From assembly GCA_964016885.1 (NCBI GenBank), contig OZ024745.1:82150001-82214000 (forward strand): a DNA stretch of 64,000 bases, in the 5' to 3' direction. The notes under the pieces are model-generated. The model ran no database searches, was not told the DNA's origin, and saw nothing but the letters and a program-made list of their open reading frames with translations. Below, piece by piece: positions 62,229 to 64,000 of this stretch. Origin of the DNA: Eledone cirrhosa (Eukaryota). The translations under genes and the position numbers were made by a program. The number at the start of each line of letters is the position of its first letter. The first letter of the stretch is position 1.

Positions 62229-64000
62229 AAAATTAATAATCCTCTCACAGCAAATTGATAACATATTCCCACAAAATTGATAATTCACTCCCACCAAATT
62301 GATAACTTATTCCCATAAAATTAATAATTCACTCACACCAAATTGATAACATATTCCCACAAAATTAATAATCCACTCACACCAAATTGATAACATATTC
62401 CCACAAAATTGATAATTCACTTGCACCAAATTGATGACATATTCCCACAAAATTAATAATCGACTCACAGCAAATTGATAACATATTCCCACAAAATTAA
62501 TAATCCACTCACACCAAATTGATATCGTATTCCCACAAAATTAATAATCCACTCACACCAAATTGATAACATATTCCCACAAAATTAATAATTCACTCAC
62601 ACCAAATTGATAACATATTCCCACAAAATTGATTATTCACTCTTACCAAATTGATAACACATTCCCATTAAACTGATAATTAACTGGCACCAAATTGATA
62701 ACATATTCCCACAAAATTGATAATGCTCTCACACGAAATTGATAACATATTCCCTCAAAATTAATAACTAACTCACACCAAATTGATAACTTATTCCCAC
62801 AAAGTTGATAATTCAATTACACACAATTGATAACATATTCCCACAAAATTAATAATTCACTCACACGAAATTGATAACATAATCCCATAAAATTAATAAT
62901 CCACTCACACCAAATTGATAACATATTCCCACAAAATTAATAATTCACTCACACCAAATTGATAACATATTCCCACAAAATTGATTATTCACTCATAGCA
63001 ATTTGATAACATATTCCCACAAAATTAATAATTGACTCACACCAAATTGATAACATATTCCCATAAAATTTATAATTCACTCGCACCAAATTGATAACGT
63101 ATTCCCACAAAATTAATAATTCACGCACACCAAATTGATAACATATTCCCACAAAATTAATAATCCACTCACACTAAATTGATAACGTATTGCCACAAAA
63201 TTAATTATCCACTCACACCAAATTGATAACATATTCCCACAAAATTGATTATTCACTCTTACCAAATTGATGACACATTCCCATTAAACTGATAATTCAC
63301 TCGCACTAAATTGATAACATATTCCCACAAAATTGATAATGCTCTCACACCAAATTGATAACATATTCCCACAAAATTAATAATTCACTCACAACAAATT
63401 GATAAATTATTCCCACAAAATTGATAATTCAATCACACCCAATTGATAACATATTCCCATAGCATTGATAATTCACTCGCACCAAATTGATAACATATTC
63501 CCACAAAATTAATAATTCACTCACACCAAATTGATGACATATTCCCAAAATATTTATAATTAACTCGCACCAAATTAATAACGTATTCCCACAAAATTAA
63601 TAATTCACGCACACCAAATTGATAACATATTCCCACAAAATTAATAATCCACTCTCACTAAATTGATAACATATTTTCACAAAATTAATAATCCACTCAC
63701 ACCAAATTGATAACATATTCCCACAAAATTAATAATTCACTCACACCAAATTGATAACATATTCCCACAAAATTGATTATTCACTCATAGCAATTTGATA
63801 ACATATTCCCACAAAATTAATAATTCACTCACACCAAATTGATAACATATTTCCACAAAATTGATAATTCACTCGCACCAAATTGATAACATATTCCCAC
63901 AAAATTAATAATCGACTCACAGCAAATTGATAACATATTCCCACAAAATTAATAATCCACTCACACTAAATTGATAACGTATTGCCACAAAATTAATAAT

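Larger units (their letters stand above)
1..64000 (+). repeat. Satellite DNA array, 44-bp monomer (2 x 22-bp subunits), ~1,450 head-to-tail copies, running off both window edges
   Basis: Unit AAATTGATAACATATTCCCACAAAATTRATAATYCACTCACACC recurs every 44 bp throughout in one orientation; 64000/44 = ~1,454; copies differ by a few substitutions and rare 1-2 bp indels; no unique interruptions seen. Confidence 0.99.

Noticed and set aside
13343-62492. 21 short minus-strand ORFs (61-90 aa; MLSIWCEW..., MGICYQF...) as a repeat-protein or peptide family
   Set aside because: They are translations of the satellite. 44 is not a multiple of 3, so each ORF cycles through the three frames until a stop; their recurrence tracks DNA block duplications and the 2-bp deletion monomer. 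No distinct gene context is visible.
1-64000. CRISPR array (conserved repeat plus variable spacer)
   Set aside because: There are no unique spacers: both 22-bp halves are conserved and homologous to each other. No leader or cas genes are present.
1-64000. Telomerase-synthesised repeat (minus-strand TTGGTGT/TGTGGG recalls long budding-yeast telomere units)
   Set aside because: The length of at least 64 kb, the A/B dimer structure and point variants inherited in kb-scale blocks indicate recombinational amplification rather than copying from one RNA template. A telomerase-independent terminal role is kept as a hypothesis.
1-64000. G-quadruplex or i-motif array
   Set aside because: Only one GGG run per 44 bp on the minus strand, plus GG pairs with long AT loops; this does not fit the G3+N1-7 x4 pattern.
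1-64000. Embedded transposon, inversion, rRNA/tRNA gene or plasmid iteron region
   Set aside because: No non-satellite or reverse-orientation (G-rich + strand) segment was seen, and there is no rep or other ORF; the scale far exceeds iteron arrays.
1-64000. Bacterial promoter-like boxes (TTGATA, TAATAAT) and short palindromes (AATT, CAATTG, ATTAAT)
   Set aside because: Expected by chance in an AT-rich repeat; there are no downstream genes, and the palindromes are too short for stable hairpins.
1-64000. Assignment to a named satellite family or species
   Set aside because: I do not recognise the monomer with confidence; a BLASTN or repeat-database search would be required.

Overview
The whole 64-kb window is one uninterrupted, head-to-tail tandem repeat (satellite DNA) of about 1,450 copies of a 44-bp monomer, consensus AAATTGATAACATATTCCCACA-AAATTRATAATYCACTCACACC. 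The monomer is a diverged dimer of two 22-bp halves, is about 30% GC, and is strongly strand-asymmetric (consensus + strand: 20 A, 11 T, 12 C, 1 G). I see no genes, RNA genes, transposons, CRISPR spacers, inversions or unique sequence; all listed ORFs are chance translations of the repeat. The informative structure is in the variants. Diagnostic substitutions and small indels reveal nested tandem duplications of 5, 9, 15, 18, 21, 29, 46, 51 and 68 monomers, long-range re-use of blocks, regional zonation of variants, an emerging ~3-kb higher-order period at 53-64 kb, and one 24-bp templated insertion that breaks the register. The array looks eukaryotic (centromeric, pericentromeric or terminal heterochromatin), but host and chromosomal position cannot be determined from this window. 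I cannot support a novel protein-coding system here. Offsets were measured by eye from marker variants, so block boundaries are approximate.
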